A DNA stretch of 64,000 nucleotides from Eledone cirrhosa (lineage: Eukaryota): assembly GCA_964016885.1 (NCBI GenBank), contig OZ024741.1, positions 13,268,001-13,332,000 on the forward strand, given 5' to 3'. The notes beneath the pieces are model-generated. The model had not been told where the DNA came from. It saw only the letters and a program-made list of their open reading frames with translations, and searched no databases. Positions 1-13,399 of the stretch are shown one piece after another; position 1 is the first letter of the stretch; the number at the start of each line of letters is the position of its first letter. Made by a program: the position numbers and the translations under genes.

Positions 1-454
1 AAATGTTGGCTTCAAACAGGAATTTATCTATTGATTAATGACTTAGCTGTCTATATGTTGTGGTTGTTGTTCTTGTTGTTTCTCTTTTAACGTCATCGAT
101 TTTCGTCTTTATGGGATACTAAAGAGAGACTATAAATATAACTCTCTTTAGATGTTGCGAACACGTTAAGATAGAGCAAGAGGTATGTACAATTATATGA
201 AGATGATGATGATGCAGTTTCAATTCCTAGCTGAAACCACTTCATTTATGTCATCAATGTCCTCGGGTGGAAGGTAGAACCATAAAACAGTTTCTTTCCT
301 CCGAAAATATAGTTTTTCGTACTTTGTCCAAAAAAACATCCACATTTTCTTTCTCTAGATCCATTTCTTTGGGACAGGTGACGTTTTATTTGGTAGAAGT
401 AGGAGATTATGTGACATTCGTGCTTTTATTAAGAATAAAGTCAATATGAGGGGA

Positions 455-950
455 ACTGACAGAATCACTAATGTGGTGGATTAAATGTTTTGATAGTTGT
501 TCGGTCTTTCTGTGCTATGAGTTCAAATCCTGTTGAGAGTCAATTCTGCCTTTCGTTATTTGGGGTGGATTGGCAGAATCGGTAGAGCGTCAGATAACAA
601 GCTTCGCGACATAGAGTTATGACTCTTTTTTTCTGAGTTCAAATCTCACCGAGGTTAGCTTTGCATTACATCCTTACGGGTCGATAAAATAAATTACTCT
701 CCATTATTTGGGATTCGATAATGGGTGGTCGGTTGGCAGAATCGTTAGAGCGTCGAACAAAATACTTTTAGAGTTTAGTCACGACCTTTTACGTTCTGGG
801 TTCAAATCCCACCGAGGTCTACTTTCCATTTCATCTTTCCGGAGTCGATAAAATAAAATACCAGTAATGCAGTGAGGTCGATTTAATTGACTTTTCCCTC
901 CACCACCCCTTCAAAATTGTTGGACTTGGGTCTAAATAAGAAACCACTAT
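455..950 (+). mobile_element. Three tandem degenerate copies of a tRNA-type SINE (~455-563, 564-718, 723-950)
   Basis: Repeated 'tggcagaatcg(g/t)tagagcgtc ... gagttcaaatc(c/t) ... gaggt ... catcc..cggg(a)gtcgataaaataaa' with A-box- and B-box-like motifs; same family recurs at 24755-24852 and 38103-38452. Confidence 0.8.
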
Positions 951-1254
951 TTTTAAAGGGCGGTGGATTGGCAATTCACCGCCTTATAACGACGATAGAT
1001 AAAGATAATACTTGAGACATAAGTAGTGAAAGTTTGATTGAGGAAAGACGAGAGGCTGGATCATCAATAATCAACATAAAAGTCCACAAACAAAATATTG
1101 ATATTAACATTTATATGATCAATTAATAGATCTCATTCATACTATTTTATGTTGTTATCTGTTTTATATAAACATATAATGTCAACTATATTTTACAGAA
1201 GTTATACAATGATGGAAATATTTTATAAAAAGATAAAAACATAATTAAGTAATG

Positions 1255-1455
1255 AGAAAAGTGGGGAAGGGATGCTTATTTAAAGTTGTAATTGACCGAT
1301 TTGGGGAAAAGGTAACGTTAATGAAATGAGAACCAGTACTTAACTAGGACTTTAAGTTATCGACCCTGACGTGATTTAAACTTAGATTATAAAGAGTCAA
1401 AAGAAATACCGCAAGGTACCGACGTTCTACTAATTCTACCAATTTACCATCCGTT
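1255..1455 (-). mobile_element. Degenerate copy of the same SINE, reverse strand
   Basis: Reverse complement reads 'ggtagaattagtagaacgtcgg...tttaaatcacgtcagggtcgataa'. Confidence 0.5.
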
Positions 1456-2244
1456 CTTCAACAAATATTGTATAGTCAGGTCGATCATTTATTAACAACA
1501 TTCATTCATATCAAAACTAAGATATGGTATGAGTTCATATTTAATACTTCCCACATTCTAAGGATTGATCATGTGAAACATGGGAGGTTTTCTGTCGCAC
1601 CCTGTATAAAAGAATATGAAGAGAAAGATTATAAATACGATTCATATATAAATTTCCCAATTGCTGGCGTGGGGTGGGCTAAGAAATATTAAAATGTCCA
1701 CTTTAGTAACAATATATTCTAAATGGCGATGTGAAGTCTTACGCTTGGCCGTCCTTTAGTCTCAGCTCAGCCTCGTACAAACATCTCAGCTGTAATTATA
1801 CTGTTATTTTCTGACAATATATTAAGAACGACATTATCTAATGCAGGCTCACAAAATAAATAAAATGGGCCTACAATAAAAAATCTACAAAGATAAGCCA
1901 AAGCCACACATAGACATATTGGGTTACAAAGTAAATTTAGTTCTTGCTGTTGGTTACAATAAAGAAAAGTCTAAAAAAACGCTGATTTAAGGTGCCCCCC
2001 CCCCCCCCCCCATTAAAATATGATTTGAGGTAGATTTGGCTGCTTTTCATTGTAGGTTGTCCAGCCCCCCCCCCCCCCTGAAACTCGATCTAAATGATTT
2101 GAACTAGGCCGCTTTTAAGTTTAAAATTTAAGAGTTGAAAGGGGATTATAGCGAGAGATGCGAGAGATACAGAAAGAATTAAATGTTGCATTGCAAACAA
2201 AAGCTTGAAGTCGGAAGAGATCGGGTTCTTAACATTGGCCCAGA

Positions 2245-2625
2245 TGACATTAACAGACTGTTGAATCCTGAGGACCAGGTGTGTGTTCCATTCCTCAGCT
2301 AAGGTGATACCAGCTAACAGACAACTGTCAAGAACAAGAGGTGTTATTTTTCACTGCTCAGCTAAGGTGATACTGATTAACAGAAGATGCTGTTGAAGGC
2401 CAGAGGTGTGTCTTCACTGCTCAGTTAATGTGACTAACAGACTACTGAGGGCCAGAGATGTGCCTTCACTGCTCAGCTAAGGTGACACTGATTAACAACT
2501 GCGGACTGTTGAAAACCAGATGTTTGTTTTCAATGCTCAGCTATGATGATATTAACATATTGCTGTGTGTCAAAGATTTGTTTTCACTACTTAACTAAGG
2601 TAACTTTAACAGGAAACTCACTGCT
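2245..2625. repeat. Degenerate ~58-bp minisatellite, about 6-7 units
   Basis: Recurrent 'cactgctcagctaaggtga(t/c)actgattaaca...ctgttgaa...ccaga' units. Confidence 0.75.
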
Positions 2626-2645
2626 CTTCAGAAGTATGTTTTACT

Positions 2646-2921
2646 CTCCGACAGGTTCGCGGTCGTGCCCTTGGCAGTGGAGACTTCTGGTGTCCTTGGC
2701 CCTAGGGCTACCTTCCTATTCACCACCATAGGCGCTGAGCTAGCCAGCCGCAGGTGTGAGCCTCGTGAGTTGGAATGGCTCTTCCAGCGCATCTCCCTTA
2801 CCATCCTCCGGGGAAACGCCTTCTCCATCCTGTCCGCCGGGGCTGTGGGGAGGCCAGCACGTGGGACCCCATTTGCTCACCATACGGATTGATAGGCAAA
2901 GTTATAAACTATTGTAAATAA
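2646..2921 (+). mobile_element. 3' fragment of a CRE-like non-LTR retrotransposon (C-terminus of restriction-like endonuclease plus 3' UTR)
   Basis: Translates PLAVETSGVLGP...LFQRISLTILRGNA, typical of the RLE C-terminus of CRE-clade LINEs; ends in 'ttgtaaataaa'; near-identical copy at 13988-14222. Confidence 0.7.
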
Positions 2922-3284
2922 ACGGGTTATAAGACTTACTATTCAACTAAGGCACGTTCCATTTTCGTTTCATTCTTTGTACAGAGGATATGACTTCAAT
3001 TTTACGTAGCATTTGTTCAGCTGTTTGTTTTTCTTTTTATCCAGCGGCTCGCTGGACAATATCTCACATGTCCGTATAACCAAGCTGTCTCTGTCTGAAG
3101 GACACAGTAGTATATTATTTACATTGGCATGGTATATTACAACATTGTGCTTATTATATCTAACTTGACTTAGCCAATCAGAGTTATATCATCATCATCA
3201 TCATCATCATCATCATATATATATAACAAGGAGAGAAATCGGAGAAGCGTGGTTGAGTGGTTAGAGAATTACATATATATCTAT

Positions 3285-3528
3285 GAATATGGCCTCCGAT
3301 CTTTTATATATATATAAAAGATCAGAAGCCATATTCAATTGATTCAGGTTTATACATATTTCACTGAGGACTATCAATTATGATAGCCTGAGCTCTTCAG
3401 ACGGCAAAACCTAAAATAAACATAGAAAGATTCTAAGAAACCTTTAAGGTCGTTGAGCGCTTCTTTTTATCTGCTTCACAACCGACAGACCATGGTGTGA
3501 TCCACACATCCCTGTTCTGTTAACCCCT

Positions 3529-3530
<2 letters not shown>
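3285..3530 (+). mobile_element. Probable PLE pseudo-LTR fragment with short fold-back head and degenerate HHR
   Basis: Inverted repeat gaatatggcctccgatctttt/aaaagatcagaagccatattc (3285-3336); CTGAGGA at ~3364 and GAAAC-ctttaag-GTC at ~3437; stems imperfect. Confidence 0.4.
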
Positions 3531-3912
<382 letters not shown>

Positions 3913-4063
3913 TACACGGGTGTGTATGATTGTGTATAGAAGATTATATTAATAAAAGGAATTCCAACTTTGTCTGATTTACTCGTTTTATTTACAATCC
4001 TTTAACATTATAATGGTATTAGAATGAAATAGTATGGTAGAATATTAAATGTTAAGTGTGAAT

Positions 4064-4102
4064 TGAACAAGTACTTTCATGCTTTCGCAATCTTCAGGTT
4101 CA
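4064..4102 (-). ncRNA. Minimal type I hammerhead ribozyme in an inverted pLTR-like segment (3905-4136)
   Basis: Minus strand: tgaac CTGAAGA ttgc-gaaa-gcat GAAAG-ta-CTT gttca; stem I tgaac/gttca; palindromic stem III AGTACT; AATAAA downstream. Confidence 0.8.
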
Positions 4103-5355
4103 TATTGTGTGGTGACAGTCAAGTTTGCAATTTTCAACTGTGAAAATTGCAAACTTGACTGTGAAAAAGATTTAATGAAAACGACCATGAACATTAAGTT
4201 CAACAAACATAGAAATAATGAGCTGCAGAACAACATGAAAGCACTACTCCGAAGATTGCAAAATACCAATGGAATTGTTGTGAAAGCTGACAAGACCTCT
4301 AACGTGTATACCATGGATATCGATACGTACAATAACTTCATACGCAACGAACTACACAAAAAATATAGAAAAACAAATGAAACTACGCTAGCAAATATTA
4401 ACAACGAGGCATATAAAGTGGTGAAAAATCTCAAAATAGACGATAGAACCGAGCCGATTATACCCGCTACCCCCACCTTCAACCTAAAGGACCATAAGGT
4501 AAATTTTGACTCTAACCCTAAGATTAGACTTATATGCCCTTCTAAATCAGACATAGGGAAAATTAGCAAACATATACTTGACAGAGTAATAACTCAAGTG
4601 AAAAAGAAAATTGAAATTAAATTATGGGGCAACACTAGCGAAGCAATCGCTGGTTTAATAATGTTAAGAATAAGAATAAATCTAAGTTTATACAATTTGA
4701 CATAGACGAATACTACTCTTCCATCTCACCAAGCACTTTACGTAAGGCCCTATCGTTTGCTAAGGCCAATTCCGACCTAACGGAGGACAAAATTAATATT
4801 ATTCTCGAGGCTAGAAAAACCATTATTAAGTTCGATAACTGCTACTGGGAACGTAAGGACAGACCCACAAATTTCGATATTACCATGGGTTCCAACGACT
4901 CGGCGGAGGTCACGGACCGCGTGGGAATTTATATAGCCCACATATTACATAGTAAATTTAGTAATCTACAGGGGGGATATACAGAGATGACGAGCTCTTA
5001 TTAGTTAATAACTTAAATAACCAAAATCTTGAAAGGCTACGGAAAAATATTAGAAAATCTTTTAGTGAACTGGGTCTAAAAATAACATACGAATACAATC
5101 TTAAAGTAGTAAACTTTCTTGACGTAACTCTTAATTTAAATACCGGACAGATACGACCCTTCCACAAGGTAAATGAGAACCTTACGTATATCAACTTTAA
5201 CTCTAATCACCCACTCTCCATGATCAAATCAGTTCCCCGGAGTATTTCTCTTAGAATCTCTCGCCTATCGTCTAACTCTGATATTTTTAGTGAACATGCT
5301 GAATACTACAATAATGCATTAAGGAATGCCGACCACCGGGATACAATAGAATACA

Positions 5356-6276
5356 TTGATAGGAATTTCCATAACACACATAGCTCTACATGAAATCAAG
5401 GAATACGTAACCGGGGGACTAAAATACAAGCACACACACACACACAGTACTACCAGACATACTAATAATAGAAAATCACCACCAAATAAATCACGTTGTA
5501 GAAAGTATATCTGGTACAATCCTATTTTTAATGCCTCGATTAGTACAAAACTATCTCTTTCATTCTTTAAGTTAATCAACAAACACTTCCCTAGTTCCCA
5601 TAAATACAGCAAAATTCTGAACTCTAAAACTATTAGACTATCATACTCCTTGGCACCAAACCTCGAAGCATACATAAAAAAACTTAACTTAAGGCAATTA
5701 AACAACTCTACAAAACAAAACATTTCAGTAACAGATGGGCAGAACGCAATATCTGCCTCCCAATCACTAAATAGGAGACGGGTATTACACAACCCACCTG
5801 TACCGCTATCACAACCTATCCATGGTATACCCGCTACCCACAACAAAGAATGTAACTGCCATCTACCTGAAAGATGTCCATTGAAGAATGAATGCCTAAA
5901 GTCCAACATTGTTTACCAATGCACGGTTGAATCGAACGACCAGAAATGGTATTATATCGGATCTACCACCACCTCGTTTAAATCTCGCTGGTACAGTCAT
6001 CGATTCTCAATCAAACATCCTAATCACCGTTTTGTGACCACGCTCGCCAACAAGACCTGGCAACTCCGTGAACACAACCAACAGTTCACCTTAAAATGGG
6101 ATATACTTTCCAGCGCAAGTGCATATCGGAGTGGATTGAAGTACTGCAGGTTATGTAACCTTGAGCTCTTTTACATATTAAAATCCAAAAACAAACTACT
6201 TAACGATAGAATTGAACGATCATTATACTGCAACCACAAACTAAAAGCTAAATTCTCTCACTATAAAATAACTTAA
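5356..6276 (+). pseudogene. Open segment of the PLE ORF (thumb/linker plus GIY-YIG endonuclease)
   Basis: IVYQCTV...WYYIGSTTTSFKSRWYSH...CRLCNLE. Confidence 0.85.
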
Positions 6277-6763
6277 CATTCGAACCCGTAACTATAACAC
6301 CGCTTTCTAGCTAACCACCTTCTCTTCCCCCCACACTACAAGACAATACACTGCTTATCACTATAAATGGTAACTCAGTGCAATTCCTAGATTACTACTA
6401 CAAACCCAAAGTTCACTCACCACACAAACTTCGTCTGTCCCCTCTCTACCTCTCTCTCTCTACATCCATTACACTCTCTGTCTCTCGCCTTTGGCCTACC
6501 TCCCTCTCAACATCTATGAACCTGTCCTCTAATAATAATTCCGACCTTAACTATCAACGCATCTCTCCAAAAGTAACCAGTATAATAAAACCCCTACCAT
6601 AACATTTTGATTAAGATATCTACAAACCACTCTCTCCTACTTCTCCAACCTCTGCATATCTTTCTCTCTCTCTCCCTCTCCCCTACTTTTCTCTCTTACT
6701 TTTCTACTCTATCTTCCCCAACAACCCCACTTAAGGGTATTTACATTGTACATTTTACCATTC

Positions 6764-6875
6764 TGCTCTGAGGAAACAGTGGTCACAGCATTGGATATCT
6801 GAGTTCTGCAAGTACTTGTGAATTTGCACGTAGCATAACTAGGCTGCAGTACCACCGTGGAAACACCTGTAAACA
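6764..6875 (+). ncRNA. Type I HHR with extended stem II in the PLE 3' pLTR
   Basis: CTGAGGA acagtggt...accaccgt GAAAC-acct-GTA, then AATAAA at 6881; stem I imperfect. Confidence 0.65.
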
Positions 6876-6924
6876 CACGGAATAAATTACCTTTTTTATG
6901 ATGTCTACCTGTTATTATTCATTC

Positions 6925-8337
<1,413 letters not shown>

Positions 8338-8339
8338 TT

Positions 8340-8970
8340 TTTATCTTTATTATTTCCACTTTTATCCTCCTTTATATTTTACCTTATTCTTACTTTTATA
8401 CCTTATTATAGTGTAATCTTCCCCATGCCTTATTATACACTATTAATTATAGATTATTATTATTACTCTTTTTCCATTTCTAATTACCTCATGTACTTTC
8501 TCCTCCGCTATATATATATATATATATTGTACGCCCTTTGTGTTTGTGTAGCCTCTGCGCACCCTCTGCACCATACTATCGACGCCACCCCATCTATGGT
8601 TCAGCTAACCACCCGACTCCCGGGAATGAATATGACCGCAGCTAGTAAACAAGGACCCACACCCCACCCTCCCGCACCAAAATTAGACTTATCGTCCCCT
8701 ACTTTTGCTCTTTACTCTCTTTACTCTTTGTTCTTGAATGTTTGGTTGGTAGAGTCCATAACACCAATCAAACCCCTTTTATAGCTCTGACGAATCCTAC
8801 GGTTACGTAAGGAAGAAACATTGTAAGCCAATAAAAATCTTTTGATGTTGTAGACGCTCTTGTGTTCTTTTTCATATATACGGCTCTGCTCCAAAGCATA
8901 GAGCTAATTATTATGCTGCCAATACCTTAATGGGACACGGGTATACAATACCTAACTCCTATTAACCTAA

Positions 8971-8971
<1 letters not shown>
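8340..8971 (+). mobile_element. Solo PLE 3' UTR/pLTR with type I HHR at 8784-8828
   Basis: gct CTGACGA atcctac-ggttac-gtaaggaa GAAAC-att-GTA agc, then AATAAA; C-rich 3' UTR like that of the 4.1-6.9 kb element; flanked by (TA)n. Confidence 0.75.
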
Positions 8972-9053
<82 letters not shown>

Positions 9054-9069
9054 ATATATATATATTGTA

Positions 9070-9100
<31 letters not shown>

Positions 9101-9103
<3 letters not shown>

Positions 9104-9283
9104 TGAGATTCTACAGGACTAGAACTGTTTCATTCATTAGAAATCATCAGGATTCCTGATGATTTCTAATGAATGAAACAGTTCTAGTCCTGTAGAATCT
9201 CATCTATATTAAAACTGTTATACTCTGCTATGTATTGAGTACCTTACTTACTGTGGTTACCTCCGATTCAACCCGGAATAACG
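9101..9283 (+). mobile_element. Family A fold-back HHR mini-element; perfect 51-bp arms; HHR 9151-9199
   Basis: gattc CTGATGA tttc-taat-gaat GAAACAG-ttctagtc-CTGTA gaatc; arms 9101-9151 / 9155-9205; ~75-bp tail; in (TA)n. Confidence 0.88.
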
Positions 9284-9311
9284 TATATATATATATATAT
9301 ATATATATATG

Positions 9312-11112
9312 TTTCTTTATTAGCCACAGGGGCACAAAAGAAGGGGACAAATACAAAGGGGGAAGTTTACATACAATAAAAACGTGTAAAATACTATCAC
9401 AAATGCAATTTAAAAATTAATCGATTTTCCCCAATAGGGGGAGACATTACACATGGGTAACACATACCCCCGAAAAAATGTGCAACCCTCATCTCCAGGA
9501 GTACAAAGAGTGAGTACCCCTTTCCTCTGTTCCTCTTTTTCCTCAAACTACAGGCTGATATAGAGAGAAGGCCCATTCATTCGGGCCATTCTCGCCACTT
9601 TCACCAACCTTTCATAAAACTTGCTGGAGTACAGCACCTCTCTCTCCAACCTGATTCTTCTTCCAAAGTCGTATTTGAAAAAAAGAATCAGTTGTTTAAC
9701 CTCGTCCACCATACAACCTCTTTCGCCATAGCTATCACAAAAAGGAAAATCGCCTCTCCTTCATTTTTGAAGGAGAGTGGCGGTTTGATCATGACAATGG
9801 ACTCGGTGGTAAACCGGATTGGTCCCACCCGCGACAATAGTCGTTCTACATAGCCCCACATGTCGGTAACGCCCGAGCAGTGTACGAATGCGTGCGTGGC
9901 GGTTTCTTCGTCTCGCACGCATCTCGGACAGATCTTTTTCGAAGGGTCCCTGCCCAGGCGCCCATTTTTGTAAAGCTTGTCTCGAACTGGTACAGCTCCT
10001 CGGTAGCACTGCCAGGCCAGGGACTTTTGGAAGTTGTCCATCGGTACCGGGTGGAAGGTCCTACCGAACAGACTGGCCAGTTCGTCTTCCTCTACGCCTA
10101 GAGTTTCACCGAGCGCGTCGTCGCACTTGCTGCGGACCAACCCTCTATAGAATGACGAAGTGGAGTCTCCACTGATCGCCGGGTCCGCCTGCCAGAGGGC
10201 TGTGAGCGCCTGAGCACATTCGTTGTGCCAGTCGCCCATTTTCCTCGGTCTTTGCTTGACTCAGGACTGCAGCTCGGTCAGCGAGACGAGTCGTGGGAAG
10301 GCTCGCCTCACGAACGGGGCCCACACCGGTTGTCCGGTGAGGAATACGTAGAGATGCCGCAGCCTGAGCGCGTGTTTGCGCATCGTCAACCACGGCATCC
10401 CCAGCCCTCCGTTAGAAGGGTGTTGGCAGCAGATGGATCTTCTCACCAAAGGAGCCCGCCTCTTCCAAAGGGCGCGCGCTCCATTTTGGCGAGCGTTTTG
10501 GCTGGACAAAGCACGACGGTCAAGCGGTAGTAGATGGCGGACGCTATAAAAGTGTTCGCCACCTCCGCTCGACCTTTCAAGGATAGTTTGCACTCGGCCC
10601 ACTTCTGGATGAGTGCAAACAGTTTGGCCGTCACCCCGTTCCAGTTCTTCTCCACTTGGAGGTCCGGACCAAACCAGACCCCGAGCAGATTTACCGGTCC
10701 TTCCGTCCAGCGTCCGACGACGCCATCGGAAGGCATCGGTTTGCCTCTCCACGATCCGAGTTGCAAACCGATGGACTTTTTCCCGGTTCAGCTTCGCTCC
10801 TGTGAACCTTTCGTATTCCTTCAGTAAGGTGCTGACCTTACTGATTTGCCGACCTTACCGATTTGCGAGGTGCCCGACACCATTACTGTCACGTCGTCGG
10901 CGTAGGCCAACGACGCTTTCCGCAGTCCCGGTTCCAGAGGGATGTCCTGCAATAGCTCCACCTTCCGCAGTAGTGGCTCGAGAGAGTACGTACAGAAGGG
11001 AGGAGAGAGGGCATCCATGTCGGATGGATCGCGTGATATGGAACGGCTCCGAGAGGTAGCCATTCACCTTGACCCTTGAGCAGATGTTGCTGCTGTGCAT
11101 TGCAGCAATCCA
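9312..11112 (-). mobile_element. Tx1/L1-clade LINE, 5'-truncated (RT C-half, Cys motif, 3' UTR)
   Basis: SIRHGCPLSSLLY, AYADDVTV, LLGVWFG, CPRC...ETATHAFVHC; closely similar to 20735-22290; 3' AATAAAGAAA abuts (TA)n. Confidence 0.92.
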
Positions 11113-11117
11113 AGGGC

Positions 11118-11261
<144 letters not shown>

Positions 11262-12440
11262 TTTCTTTATTAGCCACAAGGGTGCACAAGAAAAGGCGAC
11301 AAAACAAGGACACATGCCGGGCATTTTACATACAATCGTGTAAAAATATGAAACAAACAATTATAACAATCGAAATCCCCAATAGGGGGGAGGCGCCAAA
11401 ATGGGTTTAATACCCCGTAGATAGAACAACCCTCAACTTCAAGAGCGTGTTGTGCAAGTGTTCCTTTCTTCCTTTTGTTCTCTTCTTCAACCTACAGGTT
11501 TATATACAGAGAAGGCCCAATCACTCGGGCCATTTTTGCCACATTCACCCACCTTTCAGTAAATTTACTGGGGTGCAGTGCCTCTCTTTCCACTCTGATT
11601 CTCCTTCTAAAGTGGTACCTAAAGAAGGGAATGAGTTGTTGTCCGGAGAGAAAGGCATCTGTCCTCAGTCCTCTCAATCTTGTCCACCATATAACCTCTT
11701 TCACCATAGCCACTATACAGAGGAAAACCGCCTCTCTTTCGTTTTTGAAGGAGGTTGGCAGTTTGATCCTTACTATGGACTCGGCAGTCAACTGGATTTG
11801 TCCCATACGCGACAACAGTTGTTCTGCGTAGTTCCACAGGTCGGTTACGCCCGGGCAGTGTACAATTGCGTGCAGGACACGTCCTCTTGGAAGGATCCCT
11901 GCCGGGCCGTCCGTGCCTGTAGATCTTGTCACGAACTGGTAGAGCTCCTCGGTAGCACTGCCAGGCTAGGGACCTCTGGAAGTTGTTCATAGGTCCCGGG
12001 TGGAAAGTCCTACCAAACAGACTGGTGAGTTCGTCGTCTTCAACGCCTAGAATCTCTCCGAGCACGTCGTAGCCCTTGTGACGTACTAACCATCTATAGA
12101 ATATCGAAGTGGAGTCTCCACTGATTGCCGTGCCCACTTGACAGAGGAGTGTGAGCGCCTGAGCGCATTCAATGTGCCAGGCACCCATCTTCTTCGGTCT
12201 CCGCTTGACCCAGGACTGCTGCTCCGTCAGCGAGACAAGTTGTGGGAAGGCCTGTCTCACAAACGGTGCCGGTGAGGAATACCTGTAGATGCCGTAGCCT
12301 CAGCGCATGCTTGCCCATCATCATACACAGCATTGCCAGCCCTCCGTTGGAAGGGTTCTGACAGCAGACGGATCTCCTCACCAGTGGAGCCTGCTTCTTC
12401 CAAAGGAACCGGAAGGGCATGCGTTCCATCTTGGTGAGGT
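11262..12440 (-). mobile_element. Tx1/L1-clade LINE, 5'-truncated, second subfamily
   Basis: FRFLWKKQAPLVRRSVCCQNPSNGGL; same C-terminal domain; 3' AATAAAGAAA abuts (TC)n; 3' end matches 18430-18792. Confidence 0.9.
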
Positions 12441-12510
<70 letters not shown>

Positions 12511-13095
12511 TGTTAGGGATGAGCGAGGGTTAGATAGATATGAGGATTTCTAACTGAACTCTTGAACAAACATTAAACCATTTCTTTCTCTTCAATGTTT
12601 GTTTCCGCCACGAAGTAGAAATTCAATGAAACAAGTGAAACACCATATTGATTTTACACTTACCGTTCAGACGTTCATTTTTACTGGCTAAACCATCAAC
12701 CATTGGTTTTGATGGCTGAAACAGGTGAAGGGCCAACTCCCAGGATATTTCGAAGGTTTTACGAAACTGTAAAGATCGATAGCTAGGAAAGAAGATGGAC
12801 AGAAGGAAGGAAGAAAGGTTGAAAGAAAAGACGGAAGAACTGTGTTGGGCTAACTTAGCAAAGATACTTAGAAAAGAAAATAGATCGTGTGGTATGGCGA
12901 TCCATTAACGATTACATAAAATTGATTACTCAAACAGTCACACGTTCACACACACACACATACGTTCACATATTATTAAACATACACATTCATACATGTA
13001 TAAACACATATATGTATATATATGTTTGTGTATTTGTGAGAGAGTATATATATATATATATATGGGGGGGGGGGGTAATATATATATATATATAC

Positions 13096-13146
13096 CAGAA
13101 ATAGCCGTCGAAACGGCTTGAGATCTGCCGTCAGGGTCTTGAACAT

Positions 13147-13150
<4 letters not shown>
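13096..13150 (+). mobile_element. Family B fragment (3' half of an HHR)
   Basis: cagaaatagccgtc GAAACGGC-ttgagatct-GCCGTC agggtc; matches 39525-39570. Confidence 0.65.
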
Positions 13151-13222
<72 letters not shown>

Positions 13223-13399
13223 TTATGTATATGTATACATATATGTATATATATATATATATGTGTGGTAGAGAAAGAGAGAGAGAGAGAGAGAAATAGA
13301 CACACGCTCACACATATATATATGTGTGTGTGTGAGTATGTGTGTGGGTGTATATGTAATAAGCAGACAGGAATGAGATATCAATTTAACATCTTATAC

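Larger units (their letters stand above)
4141..6928 (+). mobile_element. Penelope-like retroelement, Naiad-like, 5'-truncated and frameshifted; RT plus C-terminal GIY-YIG endonuclease and 3' pLTR
   Basis: RT motifs VVKADKTSNVY, LKDHK..F..NPKIRLI, QFDIDEYYSSI, GIYRDD, NFLDVTLNL spread over frameshifts; WYNP; CNC..ERCPL..EC knuckle; IVYQC...YYIGST; CRLCNLE (CxxCxxE of Naiad/Chlamys PLEs); ends in (TA)n. Confidence 0.9.

Noticed and set aside
230-1692. Possible host exons (230-450 and 1560-1690)
   Set aside because: No recognisable protein motif or convincing splice-site pair
5356-6760. Selenoprotein-coding Naiad (UGA plus SECIS)
   Set aside because: The endonuclease ORF has no in-frame TGA and ends in TAA; no SECIS recognised by eye
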